A program made the position numbers and the translations under genes. Shown one piece after another: positions 9,090 to 18,471 of a stretch of 34,953 nucleotides of DNA (position 1 is the stretch's first letter; every line of letters starts with the position of its first letter). The notes under the pieces are model-generated. The model worked only from the letters and a program-made list of their open reading frames with translations. It was not told the origin of the DNA and did not search any database. This DNA is from Candidatus Latescibacterota bacterium (lineage in GTDB: Bacteria > Latescibacterota > UBA2968), in NCBI GenBank assembly GCA_038279365.1, contig JAYODI010000065.1, forward strand, positions 1 through 34,953, given 5' to 3'.

Positions 9090-11153
9090 ATGAAAGAGTT
9101 TTTTGAACGTATTGCAAAATATACCGATGTGCTGTTTGCTTTGGCATTGATCGGGATGATTTCGGTGATGATCATTCCGATGCCTCCTGGTTTTTTAGAT
9201 GTTTTGTTGGCTTTTAATATTGCATTTAGTTTGCTTGTGTTGTTGATGACGATTTATATCACCAACCCATTGCAGTTGTCTGTATTTCCTGGTTTGTTGT
9301 TGGTGTTGACCCTTTTCCGACTGTCGCTTAATGTGGCCACCACCCGATTGATTTTGGGTGAGGGGTATGCGGGCGATGTGATTACCGCCTTTGGACAGTT
9401 TGTGGTAAAGGGTAATTATATTTTGGGTTTGGTGGTTTTCCTGATTATTGTGATTATCCAGTTTGTGGTGATCACAAAGGGTGCTGGACGTGTGGCTGAA
9501 GTGGCGGCTCGGTTTACCTTGGATGCGATGCCGGGTAAACAAATGGCCATTGATGCCGACTTGAATGCGGGTTTGATTACGGAAGAAGAGGCGCGAACAC
9601 GTCGTTCGAACATCTCGCGTGAAGCCGATTTTTATGGTGCGATGGATGGTGCCAGCAAGTTTGTGCGTGGTGATGCTATTGCGGGTATTTTGATTACGTT
9701 GGTAAATATTTTGGGTGGTTTGGGCATTGGGGTATTGCAGCGGGGCATGAGCGCGGCTTCTGCTGCTGAGACGTATACGATTTTGACCATTGGTGATGGT
9801 CTGGTTTCGCAAATACCGGCCTTGATTACCTCTATTGGCGCAGGTATTATTGTCACACGTTCGACATCGGACGACAACTTGGGTACCGACCTTGGACGTG
9901 AGTTGACCTCTAAACCGCGTGCCATTATGGTGGCTTCGGGTGTGTTGTTGGCGTTTGCGGCGGTGCCTGGTTTGCCGAGTTTACCCTTCTTGGTTTTGGC
10001 CATCCTCTCTGGTTTCGTGGCTTATTTTGCACAACGTGAATTGAATGCAGGTGAAACAGAAGCTGCCGCTGTTGCAGAAGCTGCCGAAGTAAAGACAGAA
10101 GAAAAACCTGAAGACTATTTGCACTTAGACCCATTGGAAATTACGTTGGGTTATGGTTTGATTCCTCTTGTGGATTCGGCACAAGGTGGGGATTTGCTCG
10201 ATCGCATTACGATGTTGCGAAAATCGACGGCGCTCGAATTGGGCGTGGTGATTCCACCCATTCGCATTCGGGATGACATTACCTTTAGCCCCAATCAATA
10301 TGCGATTAAAATTCGTGGCGTACGCGTTGCTGGGGCAGAGCTTCAACCGCGCCATTTAATGGCGATGGACCCAGGTTATGTAGAAGGTGAAGTGGAAGGC
10401 ACCAATACCATTGAACCGGCATTTGGATTGCCTGCCAAATGGATTGCTGAATCGGCACGTGAGCAAGCTGAGTTGTTGGGCTATACGGTGGTGGAACCCC
10501 CTGATGTTTTGGCTACGCATTTGACAGAAGTGCTCAAGTCACATGCCCACGAAATTTTGACACGCCAAGATACACAAAGTTTGATTGACCGTGTGAAAGA
10601 GAGCAGCCCAACGGTTGTTGAAGAGTTGGTACCCGATTTGTTGAATGTAGGTGGGGTGCAAAAGGTGCTTGAACATTTGTTGCAAGAACAAGTGCCTGTG
10701 CTGGATATGCAAACCATTTTGGAAACACTGGCTGATTATGCCAACTTGACCAAAGACCCCGAAATTTTGACCGAGTATGTACGCACGGCGCTTGCGCGAA
10801 CCATTTGCCAAAAATATTTGAATGACGAAGGCAATATTCCTGTGCTGACAGTGGACCCGCAATTGGAACAACAAATTGCCAATGCGATGCAAAGTACACC
10901 GGGTGGCATTAAAGTGGTGTTGTCGCATGATGTGACCAATCGGTTGTTGGAGCGCCTGGCAGAAAGCATTGACGGGATGGTGAACAACAATCAACAACCC
11001 GTGGTATTGACGGCTCCTAATGTGCGCCCAGCATTGCGACGCTTGACTGAAACGACGTTTCCAAGTTTGGCGGTGTTGTCTTATAATGAGATTGTTCCTG
11101 GTGTGGATGTTTATTCGGTGGGGATGGTGTCATTGGATGCGGTGCCTGCGTAA
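9090..11153 (+). CDS. flhA: Flagellar export protein FlhA
   Basis: RVAEVAARFTLDAMPGKQMAIDADL and FYGAMDGASKFVRGDAIAG (FHIPEP motifs). Confidence 0.98.
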   Translation: MKEFFERIAKYTDVLFALALIGMISVMIIPMPPGFLDVLLAFNIAFSLLVLLMTIYITNPLQLSVFPGLLLVLTLFRLSLNVATTRLILGEGYAGDVITAFGQFVVKGNYILGLVVFLIIVIIQFVVITKGAGRVAEVAARFTLDAMPGKQMAIDADLNAGLITEEEARTRRSNISREADFYGAMDGASKFVRGDAIAGILITLVNILGGLGIGVLQRGMSAASAAETYTILTIGDGLVSQIPALITSIGAGIIVTRSTSDDNLGTDLGRELTSKPRAIMVASGVLLAFAAVPGLPSLPFLVLAILSGFVAYFAQRELNAGETEAAAVAEAAEVKTEEKPEDYLHLDPLEITLGYGLIPLVDSAQGGDLLDRITMLRKSTALELGVVIPPIRIRDDITFSPNQYAIKIRGVRVAGAELQPRHLMAMDPGYVEGEVEGTNTIEPAFGLPAKWIAESAREQAELLGYTVVEPPDVLATHLTEVLKSHAHEILTRQDTQSLIDRVKESSPTVVEELVPDLLNVGGVQKVLEHLLQEQVPVLDMQTILETLADYANLTKDPEILTEYVRTALARTICQKYLNDEGNIPVLTVDPQLEQQIANAMQSTPGGIKVVLSHDVTNRLLERLAESIDGMVNNNQQPVVLTAPNVRPALRRLTETTFPSLAVLSYNEIVPGVDVYSVGMVSLDAVPA

Positions 11154-11197
11154 TGGGTGTATTCAAAAAAAAAGGCGAAGTTTGGGATTGATTTTCT

Positions 11198-12391
11198 ATG
11201 CGCATTAAAAAATACATTGCAGCCTCTATGCCAGAAGCACTCAAGCAGGTTAAAGCCGATTTGGGGCCACAGGCTGTTATTTTGAACACACGCACTTTGC
11301 GCAAAAGTGGTAAGTTGGGTCTTACGGGCAAAGGGCAGGTGGAGGTGACGGCTGCCATTGATGAAGGCGGTGGTGCGCTGTTGAAGAAAGTCCCCGCAAA
11401 AAAAGCGGTTGTGTCAACGCCTGCAGAAGCTGGTTCATCTACCCTTCCCAAACCTATCTCTCGGCCTACGTCTCAAGCTTTGTCTGCTTCTGTGCCTGAT
11501 CCCAAATGGGCAGATCGCATTACACAAAAGTTAGAAGGTTTAGAAGCTGCATTGCGAACGGCCCCCTCAAGACAGAGCGAGAAGTTGTTGCTTCCTGGTG
11601 CGCTTGATCCATTGGCGCAACAGTTGCGGTTGGCGGGTTTGTCGGATGCACTTGCACAAGATGTGCTTAAAACACTGCTTTTGGATCCTGGCCCCAACGG
11701 ACTGAAAGAATTGCCCCCTCTTCAAAAACGTGCGGGGCAGTTGATGAGCCGATGGTTTGAAAGCCCGCAGCCCACACGATTGGGCAAAAATGTGCGCAGT
11801 GTGGTGGCCTTGGTTGGCCCTGCTGGGGTGGGGAAAACGACAGCGGCGGCACGAATGGCGGCTCATTTTTCAGACGCAGGTGCTCGGGTGGTGTTGGTGG
11901 CAGCAGATACGGATCGTGTCGGTGGCTTGGAGCAAATAAGGGCCTATGCGGGTATTTTGGGTGTGCCCATCGAAGTGGTCTATACCTCAGATGAAATGGG
12001 CGATTTGATTCGGGATCGCCGAGATGTGGATTTGATGTTGATTGATACAGGCGGGGTGGGTCCATTGGATCAGGAGCGCTTGTTTCAACTGAATGAATTG
12101 TTAAAAGAAGCGGCACCGAATGAAGTGCATTTGACGCTTTCGGCAACCGCAGACTTGCATCAAATGTTGGATGTGGTGGCAGCATTTGAGCCAGTGGGTG
12201 TGAATCGGTTGTTATTGACCAAAATTGATGAGACGGCGCGGTTGGGGGCTGTGTGTGCAGTGGCTGTTGCGTCTAAGTTGCCATTGTCTTATCTGACAAA
12301 TGGGCGGGCGGTGCCCGGAGATTTTCAGCCAGCAGATCCGAATGTGTTGGTTGCGTGCCTTTTTGAGGGGGTTGCCCATGTCAGCAGATGA
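11198..12391 (+). CDS. flhF: SRP-family GTPase FlhF
   Basis: MRIKKY..MPEAL..VKADLG N-terminus, GPAGVGKTT, DTGG and TKIDE; sits between flhA and flhG. Confidence 0.92.
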   Translation: MRIKKYIAASMPEALKQVKADLGPQAVILNTRTLRKSGKLGLTGKGQVEVTAAIDEGGGALLKKVPAKKAVVSTPAEAGSSTLPKPISRPTSQALSASVPDPKWADRITQKLEGLEAALRTAPSRQSEKLLLPGALDPLAQQLRLAGLSDALAQDVLKTLLLDPGPNGLKELPPLQKRAGQLMSRWFESPQPTRLGKNVRSVVALVGPAGVGKTTAAARMAAHFSDAGARVVLVAADTDRVGGLEQIRAYAGILGVPIEVVYTSDEMGDLIRDRRDVDLMLIDTGGVGPLDQERLFQLNELLKEAAPNEVHLTLSATADLHQMLDVVAAFEPVGVNRLLLTKIDETARLGAVCAVAVASKLPLSYLTNGRAVPGDFQPADPNVLVACLFEGVAHVSR

Positions 12392-13202
12392 TGCACGTGC
12401 AACGGTGTGGTCTATTACAAGCGGTAAGGGTGGGGTGGGCAAAACCACATTAAGCGTAAATTTGGGTATTGCCTTGGCCAAGCAGGGGTTGCAGGTGTTG
12501 CTGATGGATGCCGATTTGGGTTTGGCCAATGTGGATATTTTATTGGGTGTTTCTCCCGAACGTACGGTTCAAGATTTGCTTTCTGGTGAAGCCTCGGCTT
12601 TGGATGTGGTTGTTGAAGGCCCTGAAGGGTTGTCTATTTTACCTGCTGCTTCAGGCATGGCAGAACACGATGCTTGGCAGATGGAAGATCGCCATCGTTT
12701 GGCAGAAGAATTGGGGCGGTTGGAGCGGGGATATGATCTGATTTTAATAGATACAGGTGCAGGTATTTCTTCTAAAGTAACCGATTTTGTCATGGCATCT
12801 GATCGCATGTTTGTGGTTGCAGTGCCAGAACCCACCTCTATTGCAGATGCCTACGCCATGGTGAAGGTGTGTCATCAAAATGCTCCTGCCCCGAAGATGG
12901 GTTTGATTGTGAATCGGGCACGTTCTCCAAGAGAAGCATTTGCATTACATCAGAAATTTGACCAAATTGTAGAGCGGTTTTTGGGTATTCATGTGGATCG
13001 TTCGGGATATGTGTTGGAAGATATTGCAGTAGAACAAGCCTCACGATCGCAGAACCCTGTTTTATTGTCACACCCAAACTCTGCTGCTGCAAAATGCATT
13101 GAGCAATTGGCAAAGGAGTTATCGGGTGGATCAGAGGTCCTAAAAAGACAAGGGCCGGGTTTGTTTGATAAGTTAATGAGTCGTATTATCGCAGATATTT
13201 AA
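12378..13202 (+). CDS. flhG: MinD-like ATPase FlhG/FleN
   Basis: SGKGGVGKT, DADLGLANVD, DTGAG and PEPTSIADAY. ATG 12378 lies behind GAGGGGG and overlaps the flhF end. Confidence 0.93.
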   Translation: MSADDARATVWSITSGKGGVGKTTLSVNLGIALAKQGLQVLLMDADLGLANVDILLGVSPERTVQDLLSGEASALDVVVEGPEGLSILPAASGMAEHDAWQMEDRHRLAEELGRLERGYDLILIDTGAGISSKVTDFVMASDRMFVVAVPEPTSIADAYAMVKVCHQNAPAPKMGLIVNRARSPREAFALHQKFDQIVERFLGIHVDRSGYVLEDIAVEQASRSQNPVLLSHPNSAAAKCIEQLAKELSGGSEVLKRQGPGLFDKLMSRIIADI

Positions 13203-13270
13203 AGTCACTCTACATCAATAGATCAAAAAACTCAATGCTGAGGTTTTTGATTTGCCCTAACGAGAGTTTT

Positions 13271-14038
13271 ATGGGAAAACAAAGAGCACAGTCGGCATAT
13301 CAAAAAACCCAATCGGCCAATGCACAAGATAAGCGCGAAGGCCAATTGATAGAGTATTTGCCATTGGTGAAATATATTGCTGGACGCATTGCAATTGGGT
13401 TGCCCAAGTCTGTTGAGTTGGACGATTTGATTAATGCTGGCGTCGTGGGCTTGATTGAGGCTTATAATAATTTTGATACCAGCAAAGGTGTCAAATTTGA
13501 ATCATATGCGTCTATGCGTATTCGTGGTTCTATTTTGGATGAGTTGCGTGCTGTTGATTGGGCACCGCGTTCAACCCGTGCCAAGTCGCGCGAAATGGAG
13601 CGGTCTATTTCGTCATTGGAAAACAAATTGGGCAGATCTCCCACGGAAGAAGAAATTGCTGAAGATCTCGATGTGTCTTTGGGCGATTTGTATAAGCTGC
13701 TGGATGACTTAAGCTCGACGACATTGTTGTCTTTGGATGAACTGTCGTATGGTTCTGATGAAGACAAACCTGTGCCTTTGCTTGATACTTTAAAGTCTAA
13801 GGATCGCACAGATGCATTGGATCAACTCGAGCGCGATGAAATGCGCAATTTGTTGGTGGATGCTATTGAATATTTGACGGAGCAAGAGCGGTTGGTAATT
13901 GCTTTGTATTATTATGAAGAACTGACATTAAAAGAAATTGGTCAGGTGATGGAATTGTCGGAATCGCGTGTGTCTCAAATTCATACAAAGTCTGTTTTGA
14001 GCTTGCGCGCCAAATTGCGCATGCGGTTGTTGCAATAA
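13271..14038 (+). CDS. fliA: Flagellar sigma factor sigma-28 (FliA/WhiG family)
   Basis: RIRGSILDELRAVDW and LYYYEELTLKEIG..SESRVSQIH. Start set at ATG 13271. Confidence 0.96.
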   Translation: MGKQRAQSAYQKTQSANAQDKREGQLIEYLPLVKYIAGRIAIGLPKSVELDDLINAGVVGLIEAYNNFDTSKGVKFESYASMRIRGSILDELRAVDWAPRSTRAKSREMERSISSLENKLGRSPTEEEIAEDLDVSLGDLYKLLDDLSSTTLLSLDELSYGSDEDKPVPLLDTLKSKDRTDALDQLERDEMRNLLVDAIEYLTEQERLVIALYYYEELTLKEIGQVMELSESRVSQIHTKSVLSLRAKLRMRLLQ

Positions 14039-14114
14039 ACACTATGAAACGGCAGACGGCAGACGGCAAAAAATTCTTTAAAATTCACCTGTTTTTAAAT
14101 GAGTATTTGATGAC

Positions 14115-15062
14115 GTGGCAAATTTAGCCCAAACATTTGCACAAGTACAGAGCCCAGAATTGAGCCAAAACCGATCACAGCGTTTGCGGCAGATTACAGA
14201 AAAGATTATTGGTTTGCCTACGTTGCCTACCGTGGTAACACAGTTGATTTCTGTGGTGGGTGATCCAGCATCTTCGGCGCGCCAAATTGCGCGGTTGGTT
14301 TCGACCGATCAGGCTTTGACTGCTAAAATTTTGAAAGTGGCCAACTCGTCGTTTTATGGGTTTTCGCGAGAGATCGCAACGGTGCAGTTGGCCATTGTGG
14401 TTTTGGGCATTGAGATGGTGAAGAATATCGGGTTAAGTGTGGCGGTGCTGAAGCGATTTTCCGAAGGGAAAGAACACCGATTGTTTGATCGCCAAAGATT
14501 TTGGGCCCACGCAATTGGGTGTGGTGTGGCTGCGCGCATGTTGGCACTTAAGTTTAAGGATCGTCGTATTGCCGACGAAGCTTTTGTGGCGGGTGTGTTG
14601 CACGATATTGGCAAGTTGATTTTGATTGAATATTTTAATGAAGAGTTTATCACTGTGTTGGAAAAAGCTGAGGTCGAAGGATTGGCCATTGTGGATGCCG
14701 AGGAGGAAGTTTTGGGGGTATCCCATGCCGATGTCGGGGCATGGCTGGCTGAAAAATGGAATTTGCCAGCCCATTTGGTAGAGGCCATTGCCTATCATCA
14801 TCGCCCCTTTGAGCCCGATGCCGAAAACCCTCAGGATTTGGTTATTTTGACCCATATGGGTGATGCCTTGATTCGGCATTTGCGTGTGGGCAACAGTGGT
14901 GATCAACAACTGGCCTCTTTGCATCCAAAGGTGGCAGATATGTTTAAAAAAGGGCGTAAAATTTCGGATGAGGCCTTATTTGAAGAGTTGGGTATCGGTT
15001 TGGAAAGTGAGTTGGAAACCGCACAAGTATTTAAAGATTTGGATGATGGTACTGAAAATTAA
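14115..15062 (+). CDS. HDOD-domain protein
   Basis: LPTLP..DQALTAKILKVANSSFYG, GVLHDIGKL, HADVGAWLAEKWNLP..IAYHH. Confidence 0.92.
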   Translation: MANLAQTFAQVQSPELSQNRSQRLRQITEKIIGLPTLPTVVTQLISVVGDPASSARQIARLVSTDQALTAKILKVANSSFYGFSREIATVQLAIVVLGIEMVKNIGLSVAVLKRFSEGKEHRLFDRQRFWAHAIGCGVAARMLALKFKDRRIADEAFVAGVLHDIGKLILIEYFNEEFITVLEKAEVEGLAIVDAEEEVLGVSHADVGAWLAEKWNLPAHLVEAIAYHHRPFEPDAENPQDLVILTHMGDALIRHLRVGNSGDQQLASLHPKVADMFKKGRKISDEALFEELGIGLESELETAQVFKDLDDGTEN

Positions 15063-15080
15063 TCGAATGATGATGGGTTT

Positions 15081-15956
15081 ATGAATCAAGATATTTTAAA
15101 ACGCGCGTCTGAATTGGCACACAAAATGGATGCCAAACCCGACCAAATGGCTGCATTGTTTGCTGATTTGGTCGATTTGGCACAGCAACAAGTGGCAGAA
15201 ATTGAGACGGTGCGCAGTGAACGAGATAAGGCCGATAGAAATTTGAAAGTGTCCCAGGCCCAATTGGTGCAGTCGGGTAAGATGGCGGCTGTAGGGCAGT
15301 TGGCTGCGGGAGTGGCCCATGAAGTGAATAACCCTTTGCAGATTATTTTGAGCCGGGTGCAGTTGTTGATGATGCGCAATCAGGGGCAAGATACTTTGGT
15401 GCAAGATTTGCAATTGATCGAAGCCAATGTGAAACGAATTTCGCGCATTATTCGAAGTTTGCTCGATTTTGCACGGCACAACAATGGTGAGGAAGATTGG
15501 AAAGTTGTTGCATTGATACCGCTTATTGAACAAACGGCAGAGTTGATGCGGCATTTGATGGAAAAATCGGGTATTGCGTTGACGGTGACAAATCTTGCAA
15601 GTGAGTCACCTATTTTGTATGGCAATGTGGGTGAAATCGAACAAGTGTTTTTGAACTTGCTGATCAATGCGCTTCAGGCAACACCTAAAAATGGTCGTAT
15701 TGATATATGTGCTGAATGCGTGGGTGAATATGTGGTGGTGCGGGTTTCCGATACGGGTAAGGGGATTGCGCCAGAAAATTTATCTCGCATTTTTGAACCT
15801 TTTTTTACCACCCGTGAAAACCAAGGTGGAACAGGATTGGGGTTGGCCATTATTTCGGGGATTGTGGATAAGCATCGGGGTAAAATAGAGGTGGAAAGTG
15901 TAGAGGGTGAGGGAACCACATTTATTTTGACATTTCCGGTTGATAAGAGTGGATAA
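15081..15956 (+). CDS. Cytoplasmic histidine kinase (HisKA + HATPase) with no recognisable sensor domain
   Basis: H box AHEVNNPL, N box NLLINA, G1 DTGKGI, F box FEPFFTT, G2 GTGLGL. Only a short coiled-coil precedes the H box. Confidence 0.92.
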   Translation: MNQDILKRASELAHKMDAKPDQMAALFADLVDLAQQQVAEIETVRSERDKADRNLKVSQAQLVQSGKMAAVGQLAAGVAHEVNNPLQIILSRVQLLMMRNQGQDTLVQDLQLIEANVKRISRIIRSLLDFARHNNGEEDWKVVALIPLIEQTAELMRHLMEKSGIALTVTNLASESPILYGNVGEIEQVFLNLLINALQATPKNGRIDICAECVGEYVVVRVSDTGKGIAPENLSRIFEPFFTTRENQGGTGLGLAIISGIVDKHRGKIEVESVEGEGTTFILTFPVDKSG

Positions 15957-15957
15957 T

Positions 15958-16470
15958 ATGCAAGGTATAGAAGTGCTCTATTGGGCCTTGTCGGTTCTTT
16001 TTTGTTTGGCTTTGGTTTTTGCCATTTTGTTTTGGTGCCGAAGTTGGCGAAATGAAGAACGCGAAACCAATTTGCGTCATTTGCAGTTATTGGCCCGTGA
16101 AGTGAAGCGTTTGGCTGAGGCAGTTGATGGATTGGAACATACGGCTGCTTCGTTGCAAATGGCAGATGAACAATTTTCACAACAGATTGAAAACATTCGC
16201 AATTTGGGGCGCGATTTAAAACGTCAACTGACCCCATCGGTTGTTCCTGCTCCTCAAACTGTGGCCTCAGAATCTAAGCCTGCTCCTATGCCATCAGCAC
16301 CCAAAGAGGCAGTAACTTTTCAAGAATCGTCAGAAGATCGTTATGCACAAGCACGAGATTTGTTGCTTGCTGGCCAACCACAAACAGATGTGGCACGACA
16401 ATTGGATTTGGGAACGGCTGAAGTGAGAATGATTGCACGGTTGCTCGAAAAAACAGGTGATGCATCATGA
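15958..16470 (+). CDS. Membrane-anchored coiled-coil protein with C-terminal HTH-like motif, probably flagellum-associated
   Basis: N-terminal TM helix, coiled coil, Pro-rich linker and YAQARDLL..G....VARQLDLG.AEV.MI tail, resembling small proteins often found after fliA. Confidence 0.65.
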   Translation: MQGIEVLYWALSVLFCLALVFAILFWCRSWRNEERETNLRHLQLLAREVKRLAEAVDGLEHTAASLQMADEQFSQQIENIRNLGRDLKRQLTPSVVPAPQTVASESKPAPMPSAPKEAVTFQESSEDRYAQARDLLLAGQPQTDVARQLDLGTAEVRMIARLLEKTGDAS

Positions 16471-16940
16471 TGCGCGTTGTTTATTTTTTTCTTGTGGTTG
16501 TGATGATGGGATGTAATAAAAATGAGGCGCCTACGGGTGTGTCGCGTACGGATGTCGAAGGCGTTTGGGCGGCTTCATTGGGTACGGTGAATTTGATGGG
16601 GCGCACACTGGTTGGAGAAAGCGATTGGCAGTTTAACCGCAGTACATTTGAGATTGCTTTTCTCGACCCACCTGTTGGACATGCAGAACGCATATCGGGT
16701 GATTGGAAGTTTAAAGATGGTAAAATGGTCATGACATTACGCAGTTCATTTCCCATTGTGGGAGATGTGGGCGCGAGCGATACGATGTTTGTTTCCATTT
16801 TGAATAATCAGATGTCATTGCAGACGCTTTCGGGTAGCAATATTTTGTTGGTCAAACTGCGTTCTTTTGCACAGGCTGTGTTACCTGAGCCCATTTGGGT
16901 TTTTCTGCCTGCCTTTTTACCTTCGTTTTTTGGTGCGTAG
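16467..16940 (+). CDS. Putative lipoprotein of unknown function
   Basis: Hydrophobic leader ending MMGC (non-canonical lipobox), a VEGVW motif suggesting a lipocalin-like barrel, and an ATGA overlap with the upstream gene. Confidence 0.6.
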   Translation: MMRVVYFFLVVVMMGCNKNEAPTGVSRTDVEGVWAASLGTVNLMGRTLVGESDWQFNRSTFEIAFLDPPVGHAERISGDWKFKDGKMVMTLRSSFPIVGDVGASDTMFVSILNNQMSLQTLSGSNILLVKLRSFAQAVLPEPIWVFLPAFLPSFFGA

Positions 16941-17077
16941 AGGGCATTGAAATAAAATGGTCGTACAGGGATCGTTTTTGCCTCTTTGTTTGTTGGATTT
17001 ACATGTTATTGTTTGGGTGCGCCTCTTGAAAGTTGGTTTCTTGGGCGCACTTTTGTTTTTATGATGGTGAGCTTCTC

Positions 17078-18388
17078 ATGCAAATTCAAAGCAGCACCCC
17101 CACACTGCGTTTCAATTTTTCGACAGATTCTCAGCGTCAAGCTTTGTTTGGCCGTTTGAGTGAAGGGCAAATGTTGGAAGCTCGTGTGGTGAATGAGGTG
17201 TCTACTGGGAAGTGGGCTGTGCGTTTGATGGGGCAAACGTTGGTGGCGGAGTCGCGTTTGGCATTGGAACCGGGGCAGACGGTGGCCGCACGGGTTGAGT
17301 CGTTGGGGCCGCCATTGGTGTTGGCTTTAACTGGGCATGCACGCGCTGAAGAAACGGCAATGCATCGGGCATTTCAATCTTTGGGGTTGGCAGATGACGC
17401 GACAAATCGTGCGATTTTACGGGGCTTAATTGCTAAGGGTATGCCGATTGATCGGGAACAGGTACAGGCTTTGAGACACCTGTTGACAGGGTTACAGGGC
17501 ACATTGAATTTGGATGGTGTAGATGTTTTGGAGAGGGTTATTGCACGGAGTTTGTTTTTACAACAACAAGGTATGCCTGTTACACCGGAGGCATTGGCAA
17601 CGTATTTGTCTCAGTTGCCACCGGGGGTGTTGGGTGGTTTGTTTGCAGATTTGGCGGGTGTTTTGCGTGGGTTGCGTTTGCGCCAAGGCACAGAAGTAAA
17701 TTTGGCAGAGTTGGCCGACCAGTTGGCAGAGGCCTTGCCTGATGGTGGACAGATGACCGCAGATACTTTGCGTAAGTTGGTGGGGGATTTGGGTGTGGAT
17801 TTGGAAGGGCGTTTGGCGCATTGGCTGTTGCAAGGACAAGAGGATTTACCCGAAGATGTGCACCGTTCGTTGCGAGGGGCTTTGTTGCGCTTGTTGACAC
17901 AATTGGAAGGACTGGATGGCGCAGATGGCCAAGTGCAAATGCTGTTGGGGCGTGTGCGTGAGACGTTGCAGACATTGGATACCATGCAAGCGGTAAATGT
18001 GCCCACAGAAAACCGAGAGGCACTGATGTTGCAACTGCCCCTGATGATGAATGGCCAACCGACAACAGCTGATTTGCAGGTGTTTTATCAAAAGCGTGGC
18101 AATGGTCAGATTGACCCCGACCATTTGCGATTTACATTGGCGTTGGATTTGTCGGGGTTGGGGGCTGTGCGATTTGAGTTGGTACTGGTGAAAAAACGGG
18201 CGACATTACGTGTTTATGCAGTGGATGAACAGCGGGCAAAATTTTTGGAAGGTGAATTGGGTGATTTGCAGACGCGTTTGGAAGGGTGTGGGTATACGGT
18301 TGCGGATATTGCGTGTCGGGTAATTGATCAAGTCCAAGAAAATCTTGTGGATAAACCACCAACGGTGGGTGTGGATTTTCGGGTGTGA
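17078..18388 (+). CDS. FliK-like flagellar hook-length control protein
   Basis: C-terminal LALDLSGLGAVRFEL..LEGELGDLQTRLEG.GY..VDFRV resembles the FliK C-terminal domain; it is the last gene of the flagellar cluster. Confidence 0.7.
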   Translation: MQIQSSTPTLRFNFSTDSQRQALFGRLSEGQMLEARVVNEVSTGKWAVRLMGQTLVAESRLALEPGQTVAARVESLGPPLVLALTGHARAEETAMHRAFQSLGLADDATNRAILRGLIAKGMPIDREQVQALRHLLTGLQGTLNLDGVDVLERVIARSLFLQQQGMPVTPEALATYLSQLPPGVLGGLFADLAGVLRGLRLRQGTEVNLAELADQLAEALPDGGQMTADTLRKLVGDLGVDLEGRLAHWLLQGQEDLPEDVHRSLRGALLRLLTQLEGLDGADGQVQMLLGRVRETLQTLDTMQAVNVPTENREALMLQLPLMMNGQPTTADLQVFYQKRGNGQIDPDHLRFTLALDLSGLGAVRFELVLVKKRATLRVYAVDEQRAKFLEGELGDLQTRLEGCGYTVADIACRVIDQVQENLVDKPPTVGVDFRV

Positions 18389-18421
18389 TTGGAAGCGGAT
18401 GGTTTTATGGGTATATGAAAT

Positions 18422-18459
18422 AAAAAAAGCGGACATCGACTATGCGATGTCCGCTTTTT
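18422..18459. terminator. Bidirectional intrinsic terminator
   Basis: AAAAAGCGGACATCG-actatg-CGATGTCCGCTTTTT between convergent genes. Confidence 0.88.
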
Positions 18460-18471
18460 GATTGCTTTTGT

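Noticed and set aside
16875-16940. PEP-CTERM-like tail (LPEP plus hydrophobic residues) on the lipoprotein
   Set aside because: The hydrophobic stretch is Pro-interrupted and there is no basic terminal cluster.
16941-17077. Sigma-28 or sigma-54 promoter before the FliK-like gene
   Set aside because: No TAAA-N15-GCCGATAA was found, and the best sigma-54-like match ends in GA rather than GC.
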